From Tubiluchus corallicola (Eukaryota; Animalia; Priapulida), in NCBI GenBank assembly GCA_030141605.1, contig JAQGDQ010000002.1, positions 2,604,001 to 2,668,000 of the forward strand: a stretch of 64,000 nucleotides of DNA, written 5' to 3'. Within the stretch, counting starts at the first letter, position 1, and each line of letters starts with the position of its first letter. A model generated the notes under the pieces. That model did not search any database. It was not told the origin of the DNA and saw only the letters and a list, made by a program, of their open reading frames with translations. Both the position numbers and the translations under genes were made by a program. Shown here in pieces: positions 1 through 11,749 of this stretch.

Positions 1-54
1 TGGGACATTTATAAAATGTGTATTAAGGCAACTGCCGGTAAGACTTTAGTGTTT

Positions 55-545
55 AATTTGATTTGATTTATATCTTTATTGCAAATTCTAGGTTCATATT
101 TCATAAATACATATCATAGACGTAATTAGTAAAACAATACATCATAGAGAGGTACAGTAAGAAGTTGTGAAACATAATGAAAACAAAAATGACTTACATT
201 AGTTGATGAGGCATGTGGAACAATACATTTAACACAAAACTTACTTGAGTAAAGTCATTACATAGGCATTACCGAACACAATAAATAAGCTCTCTCCATT
301 TCTTTTTAACAGAAAAAGTGAAGAAGGCATCACCTTCACTTAAATAGTTTTTAACATCACGAAAAGAAACAAAATTGTATTTGCTGTCTTTTCTTTTATT
401 ATTTTCATATTAATTAAACATAGTGTTTACAGGTGTTAATTTCATACTAATTTTATTACAATTGTATATTTCACAGCCACAAACTGTTAACCTATGACTA
501 TTATCACAATATGAGTGTTTTTTCTGTCAAATACTGGAATACCTT
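55..545 (-). mobile_element. Decayed 3' end of a non-LTR retrotransposon (CR1/L2-like) in an ARV1 intron
   Basis: Minus strand ends in AATAAA followed by an (AAATC)n tail (+ strand tttgatttgattta...tttatt, ~57-80). Upstream decayed frame GIPVFDRKKHSYCDNSHRLTVCGCEIY resembles a LINE ORF2 C-terminal Cys/His region. Confidence 0.4.
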
Positions 546-591
546 GTAAAGTTTAGGCAAGATCATATCTTGAACCAATTGTTATTTTCAG

Positions 592-676
592 AATTGCTTG
601 TGTTTTTACTGACAGTAATTATGTGCTACCATCTGGTGGAGTGTTTCTTACAAAACAGGAATGTGCAAAAACTGAG
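592..676 (+). CDS. ARV1: ARV1 internal coding exon (ELLVFLLTVIMCYHLVECFLQNRNVQKLS)
   Basis: ttattttcag acceptor and ag|gtatat donor; 85 nt, phase-compatible with the next exon; hydrophobic TM-like segment. Confidence 0.75.
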
Positions 677-1313
677 GTATATTTGATTTACAATGTTCTT
701 GGAATACATTCTCCAAGCAAGTCTCAAAATTTTGCATATTCTCAATTATCCATCATGACAAACAATTATTGAAAGTTTCAACTGATGTTAGCTCCAAAAG
801 ATATTCAAAAATGATTATGTTTAATTGCGTTAAAAATGTTTATAATAGTTGCAACTTAAAATTCATATCTTCACAGCTGTTTGTATCAGCTGGTAACTAG
901 CAATTTACTTTTATATAACTTAAAAATAATAGTCATGCAGAAGTGCTAAATTATTCAAGTATAAAATTTTCGAAAGTCAGGAATTCCTGTAAGCTAAAGT
1001 TACATAAATATATATAGGCAAATCCCATTATGAAGTTTAACGTCTGTATTTTATCTGTAATTCTTGTAATTCATGTGCAAGAGTAAATTCTTGCATTTCG
1101 TAGCGTAGTGCAGCACTCAAAACACTGATTCATGTCCATTATTCCAAAAAAGATCCTTGTCATTTTGTCTAATTCAGCTTTATGCAGGTTAGTGTTTTAT
1201 GCTGTCAGAATGAAATATTCGAATTAAATGAAGATCTATATGTGTCTGTTGTATAATGGTGTATCCAATTATGCTATCTTTTCAGTCTTTATAAGGTGTT
1301 TGCTTTTTTTCAG

Positions 1314-1462
1314 CTTGAAGCAACTGATTGATGGGTTGATCATCTCAAGTTTTGGAAAATTCTTAGCAGTTCCTGCAGTTATTTGGGGCCAAAGCAACAA
1401 TGTCGTCTACTTATTTCTTACTCAGTTCTTCATATTTTCGTCCAATGTCCAAGCACTGACTG
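1314..1462 (+). CDS. ARV1: ARV1 coding exon (LKQLIDGLIISSFGKFLAVPAVIWGQSNNVVYLFLTQFFIFSSNVQALT)
   Basis: tttttttcag acceptor and g|gtatgt donor; matches the recalled ARV1 C-terminal motif LLSSxGKxxxxPAVIW...FVLTSNxQA. Confidence 0.85.
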
Positions 1463-2772
1463 GTATGTCTGAAATGATTTGACAATTTATCTCAAAAAGT
1501 GCTCTTATTAGGTAAGATAAATGTCAGAATTGTTACAGCCATACATGCAAGAGCATCTGGTGCTTAATGTCCTAGGTATTTCAAATGTTAGCCAAATTAC
1601 AATCTCAACACAAGTTGCAAAAATGTAATTAACCAAATGATTATATCTTTTATATTATAATTGTTAAGATTAAAAGATGGCACAGCTCTACGTATATACA
1701 GTTGATAAAATGAGCATTACAAAATCCTGGTCCGTTAACAAATGTAGCTAGAATTATGTCGAAGTCGTCTTGTTGTGATAGAAGGAATAATGCAATAACT
1801 TTAAAGCATCAGTTGGTTGCTAATTAAATATACAGATTTTAGACTGCCTTTATCAAGTTCCCGCTTAAATGATCTGTCGTATTTAGTTCTCTCACTTCAT
1901 CTACTGCACCATGAAAGAATAGCATTCACTTCATTTCAAAATCTCTAAAATTCATCCTCAGTCATTAAAACAACTGTAAAGGGTTTGCTTGAATTTGTTT
2001 TGCAACAGCTTTACAAAAGCAATGCATTTTGAAAAACATCCCATTGACACCGATGAATGTGCAGTGCCCTATTTACTATAGCCACTGTACTTTTGAATTT
2101 TTCTTATTGCCTGTGTTTTAATCAATATGTTGGACTGGTAATATTAAGCAGTTCTTAAAAAGCAATGCGTCTTTTGCATAGAAAAAATTAGATATTCCAC
2201 GTCATATTCTAAAAGTATTATTGTTACCATCATTTTTGTTGTCAGTATTGCCATCATTATCATGATCATTTCCTTAAATTTGTGATATGCAAATATGTCG
2301 CAGTATACTGTGTATTATGTGGTCATTAGAACAGGTATAGTAAATATATGTTTACAAATTATTTAAAATGGGACTTTCTAAAAAGCAGTGTAAGTAATTA
2401 CTGTGCAATCCTTATTTTGATTTTCATATCTGTCATGATATACGTTGATGTAAGCACATTACGTAGGTATGTTCTCTAAGCTTCTTATGTGCTATGTACA
2501 TTTATAAGATGCTTCGCAACACTAATCCCTTCAGAATTTAATCTGTAGGTTCGTGGCAATGAAAGTGATCAGTTATAGGCTGTGTAAGCTAATATCTTTT
2601 TGTCTACACCTAGTGGAAGTGATGAATAACCTGAAATAGGCAAGACATTTTTGTAATTAGTAGATTTTAGCTGATGTTTACCACATCTTTACTTTGCAGC
2701 ATTAACAAGTTTGTTTACTGTTTACGGAATAAGTACTCAAATTAAGCTTATGCATACATTTTGATATTTCAG

Positions 2773-2882
2773 TGCTATGGAATGTCAGCAAAATAATAAG
2801 TGCTCCCATCATTGTTAGTGGATTTGCTGCACAGTGGATGATACACACAGCATTTCTAATTCCATGTGAACAGTCTAGATAA
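2773..2882 (+). CDS. ARV1: ARV1 terminal coding exon (VLWNVSKIISAPIIVSGFAAQWMIHTAFLIPCEQSR*)
   Basis: atatttcag acceptor; phase 1 joins the previous exon in frame; final hydrophobic segment ending at TAA. Confidence 0.75.
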
Positions 2883-3473
2883 TGTGTTACTCCATGTGAG
2901 CACTTTAGATGATGTAGCTGCACGTGTCTTCGTCGACATTAATAGGGAATTGGCAGCGATGTAGGTATGTGCGTGCCTAGTTATAGTGCGTATTTAACAT
3001 GCCCACAGACATTGGACATTGGCGGTTGATCATGTAGTTTCCTGGAAAAAAACTAATAGATAACTGTGCATTACGTAATTGGGCCTTTACTGAGAGCTAA
3101 GCAAGCAGGTACATTTAAAAAGGGAGTAGACACACAGGATGCAGTCATATGTGCTGTTACCTTCACATGTAGCTTACCCGTCCGTCCATAAAAGTATTAC
3201 TGAAATGGTCACAAATTCTTGATATTTCTTCTGGACTAAATAGGCACACAATTTATCTCATAAAGGCGAAAGTTGATGAATCTTCAATGTTTTTTACTAT
3301 TTCCTAATCAGCCGGTACAAAAAGCTTACCATTTCTTGCTACACAGCATATCCTTTCATAAATTTTGTTTTTGAAATCCATTTGTACATTTTTCTGACAT
3401 CACATGGACTCAGGAAGCTACAAGGGAAGATGATTTATAATACATCAATGTACTATAGCAAGTTGTTTGAAAA

Positions 3474-3817
3474 CATTAATTTATTTTAACCAAGACATGT
3501 TTCGTTGATTCTGTCAACTTCTTCAAATGGATTAAAAAACAATGAAATATAATGATAAATACACGAATTTAATGTCCAGGTTCAGATACCTCTGTGTGTA
3601 GAAATAAACATTATTTGTTCTTAATATTAATTTAAATATGAATTATAACAAAAACAAACATATATTGTTCAACATATTTAGAAGCTTTTAAAAAGCTTAC
3701 CTTTGCTGTAAAGACTTGTGTACATATTAAAATATTTAGTGTTAAATTTCCTTTTTTTGGTCCATTTAAAAAGCTGACAGGGATCATCAAAACATGTTAT
3801 GGTTAAAATGAATAATT
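3474..3817. mobile_element. Inverted pair of Penelope-like terminal repeats with a degenerate minimal hammerhead motif
   Basis: ~57-bp inverted repeat (3474-3531 vs 3760-3817). Minus strand of the left arm reads TTGAAGA-A-GTTGA-cagaa-TCAAC-GAAA-CATG-TC. Confidence 0.55.
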
Positions 3818-5322
3818 TATAATATCTCTGCCAGTTCTTATCTGCTGTCTATTCTAATGCTGCATGTGGCACATTCACTCAAAAATTCCGTTGAATGGAA
3901 AATTCTAGTGCATTTCTTGTTAAGTGCGGCACATTCTTTCTAAAAAATTTTGTATAGAATTGTGGCATCTGTTAGATTTTGATGGTACTTAATTTTATAA
4001 TTCCAAATATGATTTTGTGTTACAGTTAAGAAAAAATAATTGGGTAACTTGACTCTGAAGGTAGTATAATATATGGTGTATTGTAATTTTTCAGTAACTT
4101 GCTTGTCCCTAGATAAATTACCCAGATGGTAGTTTTCTCCATTTTTTGTTTGAAAAGGTAGCACCCATTAGGAGATAAGAAACATTACATGGGCCTACAA
4201 TGTATTGTGGTTTGTGGCCAACAATCACACATACACATAGAACCACACAGAATTGAAAAGTTGCCAAAATGTGTTTCTATCATGGTGTACTGTGTGGTTA
4301 CTACATTTTACAATGAATCCGTCAATTTTATGATTATTGATGTACTGCAAAAGAAACTGGTGATCAATAAATTTCTTAAGTTAAAAAGTTAGACATTGAT
4401 TTATGCTGTTTTAATTTAGTGTTATGTTTATTACATCTACATAGCAGAAGATTTGCTGACAACTATTTATAATGCACATCTCAAGCACAATCTCCAGTTT
4501 TTATTTTCATTTTTTTGCAGAGAAATGAGTGTTCCATCTTTTTTTATTGTTTATTTGTTTATTTTTGCCTTCCGTTCTGCTGTTTTAAATCTGGATAAAT
4601 GTAAACTTCGCAAGTGATAGAAGACATCTATGTCTTGCGAAGTTTTAAAAATATGTTTAAGGTCACAAAAATTCTACACTGCTGTCTTGTTTTGTAGATT
4701 TTGACAATTTTCACAAAATAAAAGCTGCAGTGAGCCCTGATTTTTCTTGCACCAATAAAAAGTAGAAAGAATGTGCAAAAATGTTATTGGTTCCTATAAA
4801 ATTTGAGCTTCTATGTTGCATTTGTTATACAGTAAGTAAATTACAGATGAAGCACTGCCTTATATCACTTCAGTTTTCTGGAAATGTAGATACTTTTCAA
4901 ATAATTTCTCTGCATGTGTTGCTGTACAAAAACTCTAACGAATATTGTGCGTTTTCATTGTTGCCAAATTTGGTCCCCAGTACATCATCATAATTACACA
5001 TGAAGTTAAACAGAGGAATATCAAACTAATATTCAGTATTGCATCTGTTAATACTTTCCCATGTCGTGAACTTGTGCTGAAAGTCAACTTAAACAAATTG
5101 TCAAATTTTCACAAAAACAGCAGTTATTCGGCTTAGTTCAATATGTAATTAAAAATGAAGCATAAAACTTCTTATGTTAAATGTTTTCATAGTTTAAAGA
5201 GATAGCTACATAGATTGAGAAAAATTTTATAGTGCCAGATTTTGGACATTTGTGTTCATGCAGCAATCACTGATGGGAAAGGATGCAGTAGCATTGTGTT
5301 ATTCAAGAACATTTTGTGTATT

Positions 5323-7490
5323 GGAAGTAGAATCGGGCAGTGGACGCTTGGGCAGTGAACATCTGGGCAGTAGGACATTTGGATAGTGGACAGTTGAACC
5401 GTGGACCACTTGGGCAACGGATGTTTAGGCAGTTGAACATATGGGCAGTGAGCACTTGGTTGGTGAATTAATACATTTCGGCAGCAAAGGAGTACTACAT
5501 AGCTATTACTTACCTGCCTACTTTCGTACTGTGACGCTCAGGCTTATTTTAGGCCAGGTTATGTAACTAGTTCCTACTGTTATAATTCCACCATTTATTA
5601 TTTTCAATTTTTATAAAAGAAGTTTAGTTAAACTGTTTAATGATATAATGACAGAAGCCAACCTGTTCTGAAATCAGATTTCACCTGTACATTCAATGAT
5701 ACTGTTTATGCATTACTACTATATCATGTGATTGAAGCCACGTAGACGAAATTTTGGCTGTTTAGTTCGCCCAGGCATTCCGCTTTAAGTTGTCGAGTTA
5801 AGCGGACGTTCTCATGTCATAAAATGATGGTTTAGTAGTAACGGTGCTTGCTTGTAGAAAAGCGATTTGTCTACATGGTTACGACAGAGGCGATAGTTGC
5901 ATTCTAGCGATGATGCTTACCTGTTGCTGATTATATTTTCCTGACACTGATGATACATCACTTATTAAAGATTGTACTTACCAATTGTCGATGATATCTG
6001 CTGCTGATGATACTTACCCGTTTTTACCTGACGTTGATGATACTGTCCTAAGTGCTACCATGCTGTGATTACGAAATTGGTGATCCTTACCTTGTGACGA
6101 GTGCAGGAGCTTGAATGCTACCCTATTTTGGCGTCATATAAGTGGAGGTGTGTATATCAGGAGTCGTTAAAGTTTGGAGATGCAACCTACGTAATCAGAT
6201 TCATGAAGAGGTAGTGTAGTCAACCGTTCTATGGTACCCGATTCCTCGATGAAGCCCGTGGTGAGGAGATAACGCGGAATGGGAGCAGGAGAAAAGTCGC
6301 TTGATGATGCCAAGACAGGACTGGTGAAAAACGTTACGTTGTTCTTTTTTTTCTTAGCCGGCTTAATCTGTATTGTTAATATTTGTCTTGCAATGTATTT
6401 TGGGATATTAATTAAATTGTTATATTATTCTATTAATTCAGTGGTTTTTCCCCTGTGTTTTCGACTAAGTGTTTTATTCTTTACCTAAGGGTTCCACTTA
6501 AGTCACGAACCACATATTTGCAATAGCGAAAATTAGACTACATCGTCACACGTACCTACTACCTACGTCCCTACTTAACCAACCAAAAACCCACCCACCC
6601 ATCCGCTCACCTGTCTACATACCTACCTACTTAAAATCCCTGCCCACTCAGTATCTACCTAGCTACCCACCTACTTAAAGCAGCCAACCAACGACCTATC
6701 TAGTTATGTACCTATACACCTATCTAGTCTATCTACCTACTAATTACCTAACCAGACCTATGTTTTAACTACTTACCTATGTACCTACCTATATAACTAC
6801 CTGCCTTCCTATCTACCTGCCTTCTTACCTATTTACCTGCCTACTCTCCTAGCTATCTGCTTGCCAGTCCACCTACTTAGCTATCTACTCATTTACCTAC
6901 CTTCCCACGATCCACCTACCTAGAACTGTTTAGACATATAGCACATTGAAACAAAGTTGAATACTATAAAGTATGGACACACTGCTCTGTTTCTATTCCA
7001 TTGAATTACGTTTATGTTCCCTGGCCGTTGATTTCTATGCTATTCTGTACTGTACTGCTCTGTTTTATTGTGATGTATTCTATTTTGTTTCACTCCATTC
7101 ATTCTGCTGTTTTTTATTCTGTTCTCTTGTAAGTAAGCAAGCAGGCAAGTATTAATTTTCACAATTATAGAAATGTACAATATTTATACAAGTATTAATT
7201 AATTATGTAGTAGCAAGTAGTTTGTTGGTTGACTGGCTGGTGGAGGTAGGTAGGTTAGTGAATAGGTAGGTAGGTAGTTAGATAGGCAGGCAAGTAAATG
7301 GAACAGTGTCCCTTGCCAAAATATTTTGGAAGTTTGAACCACGTGCCCAAGTGTCCATTGTCCGACTGTTCACTGCCCAAGTGTCCTCTGCCCAAATGGG
7401 CACTGTCCAAGTGTCCGCTGCCCAAATGTCTTACTGCTCAATTGTCCGCTGTCCATGTGTCCACTGCCCGTTTACTGAATTTGCCACTTC
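5323..7490. mobile_element. Non-autonomous foldback/MITE-like element with inverted subterminal arrays of a 15-bp unit (GGGCAGTGGACACTT)
   Basis: Degenerate 15-mer array at ~5335-5460 and its reverse complement at ~7345-7470; internal (CTAC)n at ~6555-6920 mirrored by (GTAG)n at ~7240-7295. Confidence 0.65.
5530..6550. mobile_element. Solo LTR (1021 bp)
   Basis: Begins TGTGACG and ends CGTCACA (7-bp inverted termini, TG...CA); perfect 5-bp TSD CGTAC at 5525-5529 and 6551-6555. Confidence 0.8.
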
Positions 7491-9274
7491 TTAGACATGT
7501 TTATATTTTATACAATAATAGTGTACTACCAAGAATGGGTGACAGCTTTATCATTACGGGAAAGAGAAATACTTTTAACGACATTAAATACAAACACAGA
7601 GCATTTCCTAAACATTTCACTGGAACATAGGCAAGGATACAATTCGCTAGACACGTTTCTACCAACAGGTATGATCCAGTTATAACTTGTTGCCGATTTC
7701 TTGGCGGGCAGTAATATCGGTGATAATACTGCTACAGGTATTTTATGGCGATAACAGATCACACGACCTTGTGCACGAATGTACATGTAGCTCAAATTTA
7801 ATTATACGGTGCCTTAGCCTAATGTGCCGAATGCCAACATATGTACAACGATCTGTGTAGTGGCTACACAGGATTGCAAGACAGACAAACAAGGACGACC
7901 TGGCTGATGATCACGTGATGTTTACGACTGCCTTTCTACCGGAACTACTTTCTACAGTAAAATATGGAACAGCTAGTAACTACTTGCTATGTCGATGAGT
8001 CAGCATCAGTGGCGTACTTTCAGTTCCAGGAGTGAGAAGCCGTATGCCGGCGTTTTTTTCCCAACAGATAACAACTTTTTCAGGCACTAAATTCAGAAAT
8101 TTGCGTATAGGTTTTTGGAAATGAATGTTAGTGGAAATTAAGCACCAACTTGGTTTGTGTCATCAGGGACTTTTATAGAGGAAGAACCAGATAATAATGG
8201 TTAGTGTTGCTCAAGAATATTGTAAATTAGAACTCAGAATGATGGCTCATAAATTGGAGCACTATCTTCGCGTATGATCGCTGAAATACAGTACTTGTTA
8301 TCATAACAGGTTGAATTTCACTATAAAGATTAGAACTGAGTCATGAAAAGATGTTTTACCCGTAGTTTGTTTCACTAAAATATCAGTCTAGTATAAACCG
8401 CTTAATAAGTTTGGACATTGTCTGGTATCTGTTACTTTTAAATGTGTTGTTAAGTTAATGTGTATCAATTACTAAACTGCAGACTATAATCAATAACACT
8501 ACACGGTCAAACGGGCTATTTTAGCTCAATTCCAGATTACGTGTATGAGAAAGTGTTTTGGGAATTTGTGTAGAATGAATGCTGTTCTCAGGAAAGTGCA
8601 TTTTATTGAAAACTGTGGACACGCAGAGCGCTTGCTACAAATTTTAACAATGTCTACACGAACTTTTTTCCAGCATTTATTTGTTATTGGATTTATTGAG
8701 TTAAACACGTGTCTTTTTAAAAATTGAGGGAAATCATCAGAAATTTTTGGACATAACTTATGTAGCATCAATGTGGTAATTTTCAAGCGATTTCGTTATT
8801 TTCCACTTTAATGAAAACTTTGGCATGTTTTTGCGCTACTTGATATATAATTTTGCAGTATCACAGAATTACCTACCTGCCTTGCGTTATAATGGTGTTA
8901 TCACGTCTCATGCCACCTACCTACCCTAAACATGAAGATGGCCCCTTACCTGTACTGAAACAGCTTAGTAGCTGTATAAGTATCCGTTGTCAAGTTGCCC
9001 TACTTGAAAGATTAAGTTGAAACATTTTTACCATTTTATTTTGTGCATTTACAATGCTTAGTGTTTATTGAAAATTTTCGCAATGTTCGACAATTAGATT
9101 CTAATCATGGAGACATTCACTCACAGGCTGTTTCTTCGTGATATGCATTGACCACGTAACGGCGCTCACCACTCAAAGTCAGTTTGTCTGTAGGCGCGAG
9201 CTAGTCATTTCTAACCTTTCCTACATTTAATTGATTTGCTTGGCTTATTCATTTCTACATATTCTCGATAATGC

Positions 9275-9299
9275 GAGAGAGAGTGTGTGTGTGCGTGAG

Positions 9300-9346
<47 letters not shown>

Positions 9347-9740
9347 ACTGGTGGTCTGAGAGAGGCGCGCCTTTTGTACAAGTTTTTTCTTTATATTTAT
9401 TACCACCCTGCAAATGGAGGGATTTGTATGTATTTTATTTTGAAATAAATGAGATTTAATATAAAAAAAAATTATACTTATTTCAGTTTATTTTAAACAA
9501 CAACGACAAATGATGTTATGGCTAATTAAACTCTATGTTGAAATTTTTAATTAACTTATTAAAGAGTGGAGAGAGAGAGAGAGAGAGAGAGAGAGCGCTG
9601 ATCTCAAAGAGGCGCGCCTTTTGTGCACGTTTTTCTTTATATTTTGTGGGCTGTGCAGTTCAATTCATTTTAAACAAGAAAGGCCAATAACATTGTGGTT
9701 AAACTCTGTGTTGAGATTTTTTAAATTAAATTAACAGAGT
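9275..9740. repeat. Two diverged tandem copies of a (GA)n microsatellite plus a ~150-200-bp flank
   Basis: (GA)n at ~9300-9345 and ~9569-9595, each followed by gaggcgcgccttttgt...tttttctttatattt...aaactct(a/g)tgttga. Confidence 0.75.
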
Positions 9741-9830
9741 TTATTTCCACGGTCATCTACATTTCCTGGCATTACCACTATAATTAATTTTGTCCAATTT
9801 ACTGTAGCATCATGTTACGTATTGCATTAC

Positions 9831-9838
9831 TGACGTCA
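9831..9838. promoter_or_regulatory. Palindromic CRE (TGACGTCA)
   Basis: Exact octamer ~290 bp upstream of a TATA box. Confidence 0.5.
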
Positions 9839-10118
9839 TGCATACGCTTTGACGCTACCCGCTTGTTTGCGCTGATTTGTAGCGGTAAAACTCCGCTGTA
9901 TTTCAATTGTTGTAACTCTGGTTTTGAGAATATGGAAAAAAATCTCCCTGTTCATTGCATCAGAATTGTGCGAACATTTTAAAGAAACGTTACTATCAGC
10001 TACTCAGTTATTTTTTTGTTTTTGATTTTCTCGTAAAAGTGTTTTTTTAGTATGCACTATTTTCTTAATTCTTCGCGTATGTGTACAGTGACCCGGTTGT
10101 TTCAGCAGCCAAGGCGAC

Positions 10119-10152
10119 TATAAATACCACGCAATGTAAGTACTACGCAGTT
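10119..10152 (+). promoter_or_regulatory. Core promoter: TATA box and Inr-like GCAGTT (predicted TSS 10149)
   Basis: TATAAATA at 10119; the A of GCAGTT lies exactly 30 nt downstream. Confidence 0.65.
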
Positions 10153-10548
10153 GATGTGTTCGATTCGTCTGTTTCTGTTGTATTGCTGTTTTCTTCGAAA
10201 TTTCTGCAATAGTGATCAGCGATCTTCGGTTTTAACAGTTTCAAGACGTTCTTGTCTGAAATCTTCTGCCAGGAGGACTATATTGTTGTTAAATTCCTTT
10301 TGTTGGTTTAATACAACTAAAAATTTTCGTCGGTCTTGGATTTGATGTTTAGTAGTCTTAAAGTTATTTTGGCCGCATGGTTTAAAACTTCATATTGAAC
10401 TGTGGTTATTGTTTGTTATCTGTGTACTTTAGGGGCTGCCTCGAGAAGACGAACCTGGAGAGGCCCTTCTTAAAGGTGTGCATAATATTTTACTAATATT
10501 TTATCCTTAATTTATGAGTTAAAAATCTGAATTATAAAAAAGTTTGCA

Positions 10549-10959
10549 ATGGGCAGAGTAAAGACTGTCGATTTTTCGTTATCGACTTTTATTGAGGACA
10601 AGGATGTGACCAGATTACTAGAATTGTCTATAAAAAAGCGCCGTACTATACGCGAGAAAAGAAAGCCCGATTACTTGAAGCAGGTACTACTGCAGCGTAC
10701 AGTTTCTCGTGCTTGTGAAGATATTAGCAAAACACTGGACAGTTTGAATGCTTTACCTCCTTCGTGCAGTGGTTGGGAAGATCCGATTTTCCCGGTTTCA
10801 ACAATTCACTTGGATTCAGAACATGTTGTTACTACTGCATCACTGAATGCAGAAAGTCTTAGAGCACCATGCATAGATGATTCCATCTCTTTGGTAGTAG
10901 ATGAGCAGCCATTTCCATTGTCAAAGGACGAGTGTCTTTGGAGTGGGACGCCAAGCTGA
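10549..10959 (+). CDS. Intronless 136-aa IER/SERTA-like protein
   Basis: ATG in gcaATGg context. N-terminal KDVTRLLELSIKKRRTIREKRKPDYLKQVLLQRTVSRACE fits the helical IER/SERTA pattern; acidic S/P/D-rich tail. Confidence 0.6.
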   Translation: MGRVKTVDFSLSTFIEDKDVTRLLELSIKKRRTIREKRKPDYLKQVLLQRTVSRACEDISKTLDSLNALPPSCSGWEDPIFPVSTIHLDSEHVVTTASLNAESLRAPCIDDSISLVVDEQPFPLSKDECLWSGTPS

Positions 10960-11292
10960 AGCTCATTTTTTCACGTTTACTGAAATGTTTTACAGTGCCA
11001 TTTAAATAGTGCTAATACTACTGTATTTAAGTAAAGTTTTTCCTGTTAAATTCAAGTGTAATCTTTTTCAGCATCATTACGGTGTGCGTGTATTATTATT
11101 TTTTTAGGCAAAATGCAGTGCATGTTACATGCTTATAATACCTTCAAAAATTTGTAACGTAACTGTTTTACAGGCTTGTGCAAAACTAATGTGTCACAGT
11201 AAAGACTTTGATGTGTTCTAATTGCTGTTGCTTTTAATAGGTTTCTGTGTGGTGCATGTATTTGTAATTATTGTTCTTTTCCAGGCACAGCA

Positions 11293-11641
11293 TAATGTTG
11301 TTCATATGGTGGCCAACACAGTCAAGTAGGCACATCTGGGATCTTCCCATTTGCTGCAGATAGCACTTCGTTTCTCAGGTCGTGTATGAAATGTAGTATT
11401 GTTTGAAAGGGTGTTTGCGGGCAAATGCCAATTATGATTAAATTCAATTTTGTTGTAAATATGACTTGTAATGTTGTTCATATGGTGGCCAACACAAGTC
11501 GTGTAGGCACATCTAGGATCTTCCCATTTGCTGCAAATGGCACTTTGTTTCTCAGGTCGTGTATAAAATGTAGCATTGTTTAAAAGGGTGTTTTACGGGC
11601 AAATGCCAATTGTGATTAATTGTGATTTGTTGTAAATATGA
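11293..11641. repeat. Tandem duplication, 176-bp period, 2 copies
   Basis: taatgttgttcatatggtggccaacac... starts at 11293 and 11469. Confidence 0.9.
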
Positions 11642-11749
11642 TAATGTATGTTTTATATTAAATTTGTCTGCACAGTACAGTTTTATTTTAAGGGCTGTTT
11701 ATTTTTTGTAGTTGAATGGGATGGGTTGGGAGGGGGTTCATTTAATCCA

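Noticed and set aside
7298-7630. ORF with CPLPK repeats
   Set aside because: Translation of the 15-bp repeat array of the foldback element.
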